Part shown: piece by piece, positions 37,893-46,141 of the stretch
Layout of the letters: each line of letters opens with the position of its first letter
Numbering within the stretch: the stretch's first letter is position 1
Assembly: GCA_021776635.1 (NCBI GenBank)
Contig: JAJFFN010000038.1
Coordinates: forward strand, 87,990 to 151,989
DNA: 64,000 bases
DNA from: Robiginitomaculum sp.
GTDB taxonomy: Bacteria; Pseudomonadota; Alphaproteobacteria; Caulobacterales; Maricaulaceae
Reading direction: 5' to 3'
Translations under genes and position numbers: made by a program
The notes under the pieces: model-generated
What the model saw: only the letters and a program-made list of their open reading frames with translations
What the model was told of the DNA's origin: nothing
Databases searched by the model: none

Positions 37893-38415
37893 AATATTAT
37901 CTAAATTATCTGGCTTATTGACTTTTTGGTACCCTTACACAGAAAAACTACAATTTTTGGCTTTGCTATTTGCCCGTATCGCCGTTGGTCGCGTATTTTT
38001 AAAATCTGGTCTAGTAAAGTGGAACGGTTTTTTTAAGTTTAATGCCAGTACATATGATCTGTTTGAGTATGAATTTTTCTGCCCAGAAGAAGTCCGTAAG
38101 GGTGCGCTTTATCTGTGCGACAAAGCGGAACAAGATTACACCAACGAAACTGTCCGCTTTATCATTGACCGCTTTGCCAATCTTGCGGGTATTATGGAAG
38201 TTGCATTGGGAGCCGCCATCATTGTTGGTCTCTACTCACGAGTTGCAGCCCTTGGTTTGCTCGGCATGACATTATTCATCCAACTTTTTGTCTTCCCTGA
38301 CGCTGCAAGTTGGTGGGGTAGTCATGCTTGGTGGGTCGCTTGCTTGCTTGCTGTTCTGGCTTTTGGCCCAGGTAAAGCTTCTCTTGATCATATATTCAAG
38401 CTAGACGCGAAATAA
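37885..38415 (+). CDS. DoxX family membrane protein
   Basis: The ATG at 37885 is preceded by GGAGG and overlaps the DUF2063 gene by 8 nt. FARIAVGRVFLKSGLVKW and about 4 TM helices are present. Confidence 0.7.
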   Translation: MRKILSKLSGLLTFWYPYTEKLQFLALLFARIAVGRVFLKSGLVKWNGFFKFNASTYDLFEYEFFCPEEVRKGALYLCDKAEQDYTNETVRFIIDRFANLAGIMEVALGAAIIVGLYSRVAALGLLGMTLFIQLFVFPDAASWWGSHAWWVACLLAVLAFGPGKASLDHIFKLDAK

Positions 38416-38466
38416 AAACCCAGCCATAAAGGCGGCGTGAAACGTGTAGGATTAATTTCAGAAAAT

Positions 38467-39036
38467 ATGCCGAGGCAGGGCAGTGTCGTCAGCCGTGCTA
38501 TCGGTTGGACGGTGTTGAAATTACTAGGTTGGACAGTCGTAGGGAAGTTCCCCAACGAAAAAAAGCTGATGATAATAGTAGCCCCACATACATCCAATTG
38601 GGACTATTTTTTGGCTATGGGGGCCAAATTTTATTTGGGGCTACGGGCGCGATACCTCATGAAAAGTGAGATTAACATTTGGCCGTTTCGCGGTTTATTG
38701 AAATGGACAGGTGGTGTCCCTGTGTATCGGTTCCAAAAAACGGATATTCTAGAGCAGACAATAGATTGGATTAACGGGGAGGATAATGTCTGGCTTGGTA
38801 TGTCGCCCGAAGGGACACGCTCCAAAATTGATAAATGGAAAACTGGTTTTTTGCGGATTTCTCACGGAGCCGATATTCCTATCTTGGTCATCGGGTTTCA
38901 TGCGCCCAACAAGACGATTGTTATTGATAGGCTCGTGCCGCTAAAGGCGTTAAAAGGTGATTTAACAGCTCAGGCAAAATACCTTCAAGACTATTGCTCC
39001 GATAAATTTATCGGGATAAAGCCGCAGAACCAGTGA
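38467..39036 (+). CDS. Lysophospholipid acyltransferase family protein (paralog of 20631..21254)
   Basis: APHTSNWD (HX4D) and PEGTRS motifs. It aligns by eye with the 20631 paralog over its whole length. The start could be GTG 38437. Confidence 0.7.
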   Translation: MPRQGSVVSRAIGWTVLKLLGWTVVGKFPNEKKLMIIVAPHTSNWDYFLAMGAKFYLGLRARYLMKSEINIWPFRGLLKWTGGVPVYRFQKTDILEQTIDWINGEDNVWLGMSPEGTRSKIDKWKTGFLRISHGADIPILVIGFHAPNKTIVIDRLVPLKALKGDLTAQAKYLQDYCSDKFIGIKPQNQ

Positions 39037-39231
39037 TTGTTGTTTACGTTTGATGATGATAGTTTTTTATTATGGATTACTATGTGTTAAATATATGAAA
39101 TTATTTAATTATCATTACTTATCCTTGTTTTATGAAGGTGTAGTAGACTATGTTTGTTAGTAGACATTTTAGCAACACTAAAAATAAATGCAGTTTATGA
39201 ATTATTATTAATCATTGTATTAAGGTAGTTA

Positions 39232-39245
39232 CGTTATATATAACG
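39232..39245. promoter_or_regulatory. Perfect 14-bp palindrome CGTTATATATAACG upstream of the toxin-antitoxin-like pair (candidate operator)
   Basis: The palindrome ends 11 nt before the AAGGAG RBS of the 68-aa ORF. Direct repeats TAGTAGAC lie at 39141 and 39158. Confidence 0.4.
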
Positions 39246-39268
39246 CACATAAAGTTAAGGAGCAACAT

Positions 39269-39475
39269 GTGACCAAACAGCCAAAACCACGGTCTGACCT
39301 CATGTTTCAGGAATCAAATTTGCCTAAACCTGTTGAATTCGATTATTCAAGAGACATTAAGGAAAAGCACTTTGATGTTATGGATGAAGCCATGATGCAT
39401 CGTTCTGGCCTGTCTAAGGAAGAATTAGAAGAAGCATTAGCCGAAGGCATTTTAGTCGGCGGCGAAATCTGGTAG
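39269..39475 (+). CDS. Hypothetical 68-aa acidic protein (candidate antitoxin)
   Basis: GTG start 7 nt after AAGGAG. The gene ends 5 nt before the PemK-like ORF. The C-terminus is acidic and no DNA-binding motif is recognisable. Confidence 0.5.
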   Translation: MTKQPKPRSDLMFQESNLPKPVEFDYSRDIKEKHFDVMDEAMMHRSGLSKEELEEALAEGILVGGEIW

Positions 39476-39480
39476 AGATT

Positions 39481-39936
39481 GTGCCAGTTGTACTCGGACA
39501 CAACATATATAGCATATCATCATCGCCAGAAATATATGATATTGTCTGGGTGAATTTTCCATATAATGAAGTTCCATATGAGCCTGGGCCAGATAAACAT
39601 CCAGGTCTAGTTCTATCAAAAAGTGTTTTTCGGGATAAGAAAACTGAACTAAATTACGCTTCACTGCAAATTGCGTATGGAACCTCACAACCACAAAATG
39701 ATAGGCTTCCATGGGAAGTATTGCGAGTACATAACTACGTAGCTCTAGAGAGATGCGGGCTATGCAGAGACACATCTTTTATTTTGAGTAGAGTGCAGCG
39801 CATATTATGGTGTGAAGAATATTTTCCCATCAGTGAACACGGTACACCAATTTTGGGTAAGTTGCCTCATTCTCAAATTCTGGCTCTTAAAACATTGAAA
39901 GAAGTGAGGGATGCACTCAAAAAACAAACTGACTAA
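39481..39936 (+). CDS. PemK/MazF-like (CcdB/MazF-fold) putative toxin
   Basis: YDIVWVNFPY.....EPGPDKHPGLVLS resembles the MazF/PemK N-terminal signature GDI.wV.F.P..G.E..g.RP.lVlS. The later AYGTSQ...PWEVL...GL.RDTSFILSRVQRI fits the remaining beta-strands. Confidence 0.55.
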   Translation: MPVVLGHNIYSISSSPEIYDIVWVNFPYNEVPYEPGPDKHPGLVLSKSVFRDKKTELNYASLQIAYGTSQPQNDRLPWEVLRVHNYVALERCGLCRDTSFILSRVQRILWCEEYFPISEHGTPILGKLPHSQILALKTLKEVRDALKKQTD

Positions 39937-40030
39937 AACTGATCGTATGTCATATCAGTGACACCCCAGTAACCTTTCGTTAACGGAAAAGCTCTCGACT
40001 TGTTTACTGTGTTCGCTTAGTGTTCTTTTC

Positions 40031-40567
40031 ATGAGCACCAAAAAACATAAAGGGATTCGCATATTGGGGATTGACCCTTCACTGGTTAAATGCGGTTGGG
40101 GTGTGGTTGACGCGGAAGGCCTGAAGATTACCCATATCGGTCACGGCGTCATTAAGCCTGCCGTCAATCAGGACATGGCTTTGCGTCTGAACCAATTATT
40201 TGATGAACTTTCGCAGTTGATAAATACATTTGCTCCAGACGAAGCGGCGGTGGAAGAGGTGTTCATGAACAATAATCCGGCATCGGCAATGAAACTCGGA
40301 CATGCCCGCGCGGTTTGTTTGTTGGCGCCCGCGCAAGTCGGCTTATATGTGGGCGAATACTCAGCCAAAAAGGTCAAAAAATCTGTGGTTGGTACCGGCC
40401 AAGCTGACAAAACCCAAGTCGCCGCCATGATGAATGTCCTGCTGCCCGGCCAAAAATTAAAAGCAGGCGACGCGGCGGATGCGCTCGCGATCGCTATATG
40501 TCATGCGCACAGAGCAAGTGCTGCAGGGGCTTTGCAAAATAGATTGAATAAAGGGAATTTAGCATGA
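40031..40567 (+). CDS. ruvC: Crossover junction endodeoxyribonuclease RuvC
   Basis: ILGIDPSL..CGWGVV ... the EVF..NN....KLG.ARAV pattern, and DAADALAIAICHA. Confidence 0.9.
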   Translation: MSTKKHKGIRILGIDPSLVKCGWGVVDAEGLKITHIGHGVIKPAVNQDMALRLNQLFDELSQLINTFAPDEAAVEEVFMNNNPASAMKLGHARAVCLLAPAQVGLYVGEYSAKKVKKSVVGTGQADKTQVAAMMNVLLPGQKLKAGDAADALAIAICHAHRASAAGALQNRLNKGNLA

Positions 40568-41472
40568 AAAATACTTTATTTAGTGCGTTTTTGGTCATTG
40601 CTTTGATTGGTATTACAGGATGTGGGGAGAAAACTAGTTCAGTAGTATCAAGTGAGGGTCTAACATGTCCATCTATAGAGAATGTTGATGTTATTATAAA
40701 TGATGGCTCACCTAAAACTATAGTGTTCGGGGAAATTCATGGCACTAATCAGTCGCCAAAATTTGTAGGAGATGTTCTCTGTCATGCCCTCAAAAAAGGA
40801 CTGCGGGTCACTCTGGCTCTGGAGTATCCAGATACTGAAAAAGCTGATATTAGTAACTTTCTAGAAGATAAAACAGGACAAGCTGATGCAGATTTTCTAC
40901 AATCAAAAATTTGGACGAATGAGTTTACAGATGGGCGCTCTAGTCAGGCTATGTGGGATTTGTTCAAACAAATAAAGTTGTACAAACAGCAAGGCTTTGA
41001 AGTCGACATTTTGCCCATCATTCATTATTTAACTTTCGAAGAAAAAACCTTTGGCATGACGAATGCGGATTACAGCCAAATATATGAAGAGCAGATGGCG
41101 GCAAATATACTAACCGCATCGGGTGATAAAATTTTTGTGCTTGTTGGCAATTATCACGCTAAACGAGGGTGGGCAAAGTCAGGGGAAGAAAAATACCAAC
41201 ATATGGCAGAGCATTTGCCCAAAGATGAAAGCCTGTTGCTAAACGCCCATTCTTATAAAGGTACGAGTTGGAATTGTAGGGGGCGGACAAAGGAGGACTG
41301 TAAGGCCTGGAAGTCAGGACATAGGCCTCATGATGTTGAACCAATTACGCCGAATAAAGATAGAGATTGGAGCATCCAATTGTTCGATACCGAGTTAGAT
41401 GGTTATGACGGGGTGTATGTCATCGGCTCAGTTACAGCATCGCCACCCGCTATAAGTCAGGAAAACCCCTAA
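40564..41472 (+). CDS. Lipoprotein of the ChaN/Tiki/erythromycin-esterase-like superfamily
   Basis: Lipobox IGITGC. FGEIHGTNQSP...LALEYP, EEQMAANI and VLVGNYHA match the GExH / E..M / GxxH layout of that superfamily. ATGA overlap with ruvC and TAATG overlap with ruvA. Confidence 0.5.
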   Translation: MKNTLFSAFLVIALIGITGCGEKTSSVVSSEGLTCPSIENVDVIINDGSPKTIVFGEIHGTNQSPKFVGDVLCHALKKGLRVTLALEYPDTEKADISNFLEDKTGQADADFLQSKIWTNEFTDGRSSQAMWDLFKQIKLYKQQGFEVDILPIIHYLTFEEKTFGMTNADYSQIYEEQMAANILTASGDKIFVLVGNYHAKRGWAKSGEEKYQHMAEHLPKDESLLLNAHSYKGTSWNCRGRTKEDCKAWKSGHRPHDVEPITPNKDRDWSIQLFDTELDGYDGVYVIGSVTASPPAISQENP

Positions 41473-42092
41473 TGATAGGTATGCTTAAAGGGACTGTAAT
41501 TGTCATTGGTACGGATGAGGCCATCATTGACGTAAATGGTGTTGGTTATTTAGTGAAGTGTTCGGGGCGAACTTTGACGACGCTTGCGGTCGGGGTCGAA
41601 GCCGTATTGCATATAGAAACCCATGTGCGTGAACAGGCGATTACGCTGTTCGGTTTTGCGGACGAAGAAGTACGGGCTTGGTTTGTAAAATTACAGTCCG
41701 TACAAAAAGTTGGACCAAAGGCGGCTTTGTCCATTTTGGATGTGTTAAGCCCAGCAGAAATTCTCTCTGCGGCATCCCTCGAAGATAAGGCGGCCTTTAG
41801 CCGTGCTAATGGCGTAGGGCCAAGTTTAGCGGCGCGTATTGTTATGGAGCTTTCTGGCAAACCCCCACCAGCGGGCAGGGGGTTTACCCCATTATCAGCC
41901 GATGCAGGCGGCGATGTCCGCGTTATTGACAGTACAGAGATGAGCGCCCAAAAAGATGCCGTGTCAGCTCTGGTTAACCTTGGGATAGACCCGTCCAAAG
42001 CTTTGCGTGCTGTGGCTACGGCAATGAAAGTTGATGCAAACCTAAATATAAATGGCCTAGTAAAGGCGGCATTGAAGGAACTTGGTAATTGA
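41472..42092 (+). CDS. ruvA: Holliday junction DNA helicase RuvA
   Basis: MIGMLKGTV....VNGVGY.V and HhH motifs ([19 protein letters not shown]). Confidence 0.9.
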   Translation: MIGMLKGTVIVIGTDEAIIDVNGVGYLVKCSGRTLTTLAVGVEAVLHIETHVREQAITLFGFADEEVRAWFVKLQSVQKVGPKAALSILDVLSPAEILSAASLEDKAAFSRANGVGPSLAARIVMELSGKPPPAGRGFTPLSADAGGDVRVIDSTEMSAQKDAVSALVNLGIDPSKALRAVATAMKVDANLNINGLVKAALKELGN

Positions 42093-43162
42093 GCGGTGAC
42101 GGTATCATAGACGACCGTATCATAGACGGCGCACCACAATCCGGCGACCGCAATGATAAAGCATTGCGGCCCTTGGCGTTTGAGGATTTTGTTGGCCAAA
42201 AATCATCAATCGCAAATCTAAAAGTATTTGTAAAAGCAGCAGAGCGGCGTAGCGAAGCTATGGATCATGTTTTGCTGTCAGGGCCACCTGGCTTGGGAAA
42301 GACAACCTTGGCGCAAATTATAGCGCGTGAACTGGGCGTAAATTTTCGCTCTACATCTGGCCCTGTGATTTCCAAGGCTGGAGATTTAGCTGCACTTCTG
42401 ACGAATATGGAGCCGCGCGATGTTTTATTTATTGATGAAATTCACAGGTTAAATCCGACCGTTGAAGAAATACTGTACCCTGCAATGGAGGATTTTGAGC
42501 TGGACCTCATTATAGGTGAGGGACCGGCAGCGCGGAGCATCAAAATTGATTTGTCGCCCTTTACACTTATCGGCGCAACGACCCGTGCTGGATTACTCGC
42601 CACGCCGCTTAGAGACAGGTTCGGAATTCCGGTACGGCTTGAGTTTTACGACGAGGTTGAATTGACCAAGATTGTGGTACGCGGAGCAGGGCTACTCGGC
42701 GTGAATTTAAATGCAGACGGCGCGCGCGAAATAGCAAGGCGGGCACGCGGAACGCCAAGGGTCGCGGGTCGTCTCTTACGCCGTGTCCGTGATTTGGCAG
42801 AACATGCGGGCGCGACGATAATTGACGCGAAAGTCGCAGACGCGGCTTTACTCAGGCTCGGTGTGGATGACATTGGGTTGGACGCACAAGATATGCGCTA
42901 TCTAAGGGCTTTGTGTGAGATGTTTTCTGGTGGTCCTGTGGGTGCTGATACGATGGCGGCGGCTTTATCCGAAGCTCGTGATGCGCTTGAGGATGTGATT
43001 GAGCCGTATCTCATACAAAAAGGTTTCTTGCAGCGTACGCCGCGCGGGCGGGTTGCAACACCACATGCCTTTGCGCACCTGGGCTTGAGTGCACCATTAA
43101 AACTAGAACAACCAACATTATTTAGTGGTAATAACAAGGGGTCCGGTGATGGACATAGCTGA
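42089..43162 (+). CDS. ruvB: Holliday junction DNA helicase RuvB
   Basis: Walker [10 protein letters not shown], Walker [10 protein letters not shown], sensor RTPR. TTG start overlapping the ruvA stop. Confidence 0.92.
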   Translation: MSGDGIIDDRIIDGAPQSGDRNDKALRPLAFEDFVGQKSSIANLKVFVKAAERRSEAMDHVLLSGPPGLGKTTLAQIIARELGVNFRSTSGPVISKAGDLAALLTNMEPRDVLFIDEIHRLNPTVEEILYPAMEDFELDLIIGEGPAARSIKIDLSPFTLIGATTRAGLLATPLRDRFGIPVRLEFYDEVELTKIVVRGAGLLGVNLNADGAREIARRARGTPRVAGRLLRRVRDLAEHAGATIIDAKVADAALLRLGVDDIGLDAQDMRYLRALCEMFSGGPVGADTMAAALSEARDALEDVIEPYLIQKGFLQRTPRGRVATPHAFAHLGLSAPLKLEQPTLFSGNNKGSGDGHS

Positions 43163-43607
43163 ACAATCCGAACCGACCATGGGATATTTTGAAGGGCGGA
43201 AGCACTATTTTCCCATCCGCGTGTTTTATGAAGATACGGATTTTACCGGTGTCGTGTTTTATGCAAATTATTTGCGGTTTTTTGAGCGGGCAAGGTCATC
43301 ATTCTTCCGTTTAGCAGGCGTAAGTCATGCAGAATTATTACAACGTGATATACCGCTCGGCTTTGCCATTCGTAAAATTGATTTAGAGTACAAAAAGCCA
43401 GCGCGCATAGATGATGCATTACTAATTATGACCAGCTACGAACGCTATAAAGGCGCACGGCTTTGGGTGAGCCAAGAAGTTTGGCGAGGTGACGAGCTAC
43501 TGACAACCGCCTATTCCGAAGCCGCCTGTATAGATATGAATGGCCGTCCAAGGCGGCCAACACCAAAAATGATCGAAAAATTACAACCGTATTTTTTACC
43601 GAAATAG
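43149..43607 (+). CDS. ybgC: Tol-Pal-associated acyl-CoA thioesterase YbgC
   Basis: [23 protein letters not shown] is the hotdog 4HBT motif. The gene sits between ruvB and tolQ. The start could be 43179. Confidence 0.82.
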   Translation: MDIAEQSEPTMGYFEGRKHYFPIRVFYEDTDFTGVVFYANYLRFFERARSSFFRLAGVSHAELLQRDIPLGFAIRKIDLEYKKPARIDDALLIMTSYERYKGARLWVSQEVWRGDELLTTAYSEAACIDMNGRPRRPTPKMIEKLQPYFLPK

Positions 43608-43621
43608 ATTGTAGGCAACCC

Positions 43622-43993
43622 CTAAGGCGTAGAACCATTTAACTCACAAATGTCTGTAACCTCTTTGTTGTTTTGATCTACATAAATGATTTGCTCAGGT
43701 GTGATGACTTTCGTCCATGGTTCTTTTCGTTCAATGGGTGGTATCTTAATTGTAACCCATTTTTTAGTATCTGGGTCAAAGTACATTTCGTCTTCACTTT
43801 CAATTGAAACGATAGAAAACCCAGATTTGGTTACAGCTGGGATGACGACCTTACGCACAGTATTGATCGGGATGCATTGTTGTTCAATTGTTGGTGCGAT
43901 GACAACCACAGGCACTTCAGGTTCAGTCGTCGCGCAAGCCCCCAAAATAAATAAAGGGGCTAAAATTGCGGCTCTATTGTAAATAAACTTCAT
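43622..43993 (-). CDS. Hypothetical lipoprotein
   Basis: Lipobox FILGAC. No recognisable domain. It is on the opposite strand between ybgC and tolQ. Confidence 0.5.
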   Translation of the reverse strand: MKFIYNRAAILAPLFILGACATTEPEVPVVVIAPTIEQQCIPINTVRKVVIPAVTKSGFSIVSIESEDEMYFDPDTKKWVTIKIPPIERKEPWTKVITPEQIIYVDQNNKEVTDICELNGSTP

Positions 43994-44280
43994 AATCCTA
44001 CCTTTTTACATTTGCCCATGCATAATTGGAATATAGGGCGAAACTATGGCGATAGTGTAATGAATGCAAGACAATTGAACGACAACTATAACAATTGAAT
44101 TAAGTATGCGCTTTACCTATGCTTTCTAATGTGATTCCATAGTTTATGACGGAACTGATAAATTACCGTCTGTTAATTGGTATTGCACACAAATTTGGCC
44201 CAAAACAAGTGCCGATACGTATATGGAGACAAAGCAAAATGAGCTTAATAAACATTTGGTCGGAAATAAGCATACAAATA

Positions 44281-44988
44281 ATGTCTCTACCAACAATAAT
44301 TGGGCAGGCTGGGGACACTTCTTTTACAATTATAGATTTATTCACGCGTGCAGATTGGATTGTTAAGAGCATTATGGTTGGGCTTGCCATAGCCTCTGTT
44401 TGGTCATGGGCAATTATCATTGATAAGACCATTAGCTTTCAATTGCTCAAAAAACGCGCCTCAAAATTTGAAGAAACGTTCTGGTCAGGACGTACGTTGG
44501 ATGAATTATCAAAAGGCCTAGCAGGGGATACGCGCGATCCTATGGGGCGCGTATTTTCTGCGGCTATGCGAGAGTTTAAGGAAAGCGACAATAATCCACG
44601 CGGAAATGATGTTGGCGGTACAAGGGAACGCATCGACCGTGTCATGGGTTTGGTGGTTAACCGTGAGTTATCCAAAGCTGAGCGCGGCATGACCGTGCTC
44701 GCGACGGTTGGGTCTGCTTCCGTATTTATTGGTCTCCTTGGCACGGTTTGGGGTATTATCAACACATTCAGGGCGATTGATACGAAAGGTAATATTGACG
44801 TACTCACAATTATTCCGGGCATTATGGAGGCCTTGTTTGCGACGGCTCTTGGTTTGGTCGCGGCTATTCCAGCCGTGATTTTTTACAATAAATTTGCTGC
44901 GGATTTGGATAGATATGCGGGGCGCCTTGATGGATATACTGACGAGTTATCAGCAATTCTATCACGTAAAATTGGTAAAGGTGGCTAG
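44281..44988 (+). CDS. tolQ: Tol-Pal system protein TolQ
   Basis: MotA/TolQ/ExbB pattern (3 TM, LATVGSASVFIGLLGTVWGII). The start was trimmed to the ATG at 44281 to give about 235 aa. Confidence 0.88.
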   Translation: MSLPTIIGQAGDTSFTIIDLFTRADWIVKSIMVGLAIASVWSWAIIIDKTISFQLLKKRASKFEETFWSGRTLDELSKGLAGDTRDPMGRVFSAAMREFKESDNNPRGNDVGGTRERIDRVMGLVVNRELSKAERGMTVLATVGSASVFIGLLGTVWGIINTFRAIDTKGNIDVLTIIPGIMEALFATALGLVAAIPAVIFYNKFAADLDRYAGRLDGYTDELSAILSRKIGKGG

Positions 44989-44990
44989 GT

Positions 44991-45434
44991 ATGGCAATGA
45001 TGCAAATGGGTCGAAGCGGAGGTGGTAAGCGTGGTAGACGCAGTCGACGAAGCTTGAATTCTGAAATAAACGTTACTCCGCTTGTGGACGTGATGCTCGT
45101 GTTGATGTTGATTTTCATGGTCCTTGCGACTGTCGTTGCTGCGGGTGTGCCCATTGAACTTCCAAAAACGGATGCGAAGTCAATGCCAATGCAGCAGGAG
45201 CCTTTAACGGTTACAGTAGACCGCGCCGGGAAAATTTATCTGCAAGACCAAGAAGTGACTTTGGAAGAATTAACACCTAAACTTAAGGCGCTTGCAGGAG
45301 AGGGGTATGAAGAACGTATTTATCTGCGCGGTGATGAGGGTGGCAATTACGGGCCGGTTATGAAAGTCATGGCGAGTATTAATGCTGCGGGCTTCTCAAA
45401 CATAGGGCTGGTAACGGATCCTATACAAAAGTAG
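44991..45434 (+). CDS. tolR: Tol-Pal system protein TolR (ExbD family)
   Basis: INVTPLVDVMLVLMLIFMV TM segment with the conserved Asp, and the ExbD/TolR periplasmic domain. Confidence 0.85.
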   Translation: MAMMQMGRSGGGKRGRRSRRSLNSEINVTPLVDVMLVLMLIFMVLATVVAAGVPIELPKTDAKSMPMQQEPLTVTVDRAGKIYLQDQEVTLEELTPKLKALAGEGYEERIYLRGDEGGNYGPVMKVMASINAAGFSNIGLVTDPIQK

Positions 45435-45448
45435 GATATAATATCCTG

Positions 45449-46141
45449 ATGAAATTCGGTCTGCCTATATCTTTTGCATTACACGTTTTGCTCGCGTCTG
45501 GCGGGCTGTGGATATGGGCATCGCGGACCCCAAATTTAATCCAAAATTCAATCATACCAGTTGAACTTGTGACGGTGTCAAGCATAACTGATATCAAACC
45601 AACACGGCGAAATGTGGACAAACCAAAAGTTACGCCTAAGCCTGAACCAATAACGCCTAAGCCTGCACCTAAAACGGCAAAACCTGTATTTGACTTAAAT
45701 GCGCTCGAAGAAGCGTTTGAAAATGTACGCAAAGAAGACCCAAAGGTGGATAATCAACAAGTCCTAGTAAATGATACTCCAAACGCAATAACCGCTAATA
45801 ATGCACGTATTGGAGCAGGCAACAAAGAGGAGGCTACGCTCAATGCTCTTGATTATATACGTGGGCGGTTACATAATTGCTGGATTGTCGATGAAGGGGC
45901 TGTCGATTATCAAAGCCTGATTGTTGATGTAATGTTGCTGCTGAATGTGGATGGCAGTATCAGGAAAATAACAGTTTTGAATAACGCTGAAATTATTGCC
46001 TCGCCTAACCGCGCGTGGTCAGTTGCAAAATTTAATGCGACGACTGCGCTAAGAAAATGCGCACCGTATGATGGTTTGCTAAGTATTGATTATAATGTAT
46101 GGAAAGAGTTGAAACTTCATCTGGATCCAGGAGAAAATTGA
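45449..46141 (+). CDS. tolA: TolA-like protein (short form, Pro/Lys-rich linker, TonB_C-like C-terminus)
   Basis: N-terminal TM helix and KPKVTPKPEPITPKPAPKTAKP linker. The call also rests on its position between tolR and tolB. Confidence 0.7.
   Translation: MKFGLPISFALHVLLASGGLWIWASRTPNLIQNSIIPVELVTVSSITDIKPTRRNVDKPKVTPKPEPITPKPAPKTAKPVFDLNALEEAFENVRKEDPKVDNQQVLVNDTPNAITANNARIGAGNKEEATLNALDYIRGRLHNCWIVDEGAVDYQSLIVDVMLLLNVDGSIRKITVLNNAEIIASPNRAWSVAKFNATTALRKCAPYDGLLSIDYNVWKELKLHLDPGEN

Noticed and set aside
39937-40030. ACTGAT-N10-ATCAGT hairpin after the PemK-like gene, considered as a terminator
   Set aside because: It has only a 6-bp AT-rich stem and no following T-tract. That is too weak to call.
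41546-42199. 217-aa minus-strand ORF
   Set aside because: It is antisense to ruvA and the ruvB start. It has no motifs and is Ala/Ser/Thr-rich, as expected of a shadow frame.
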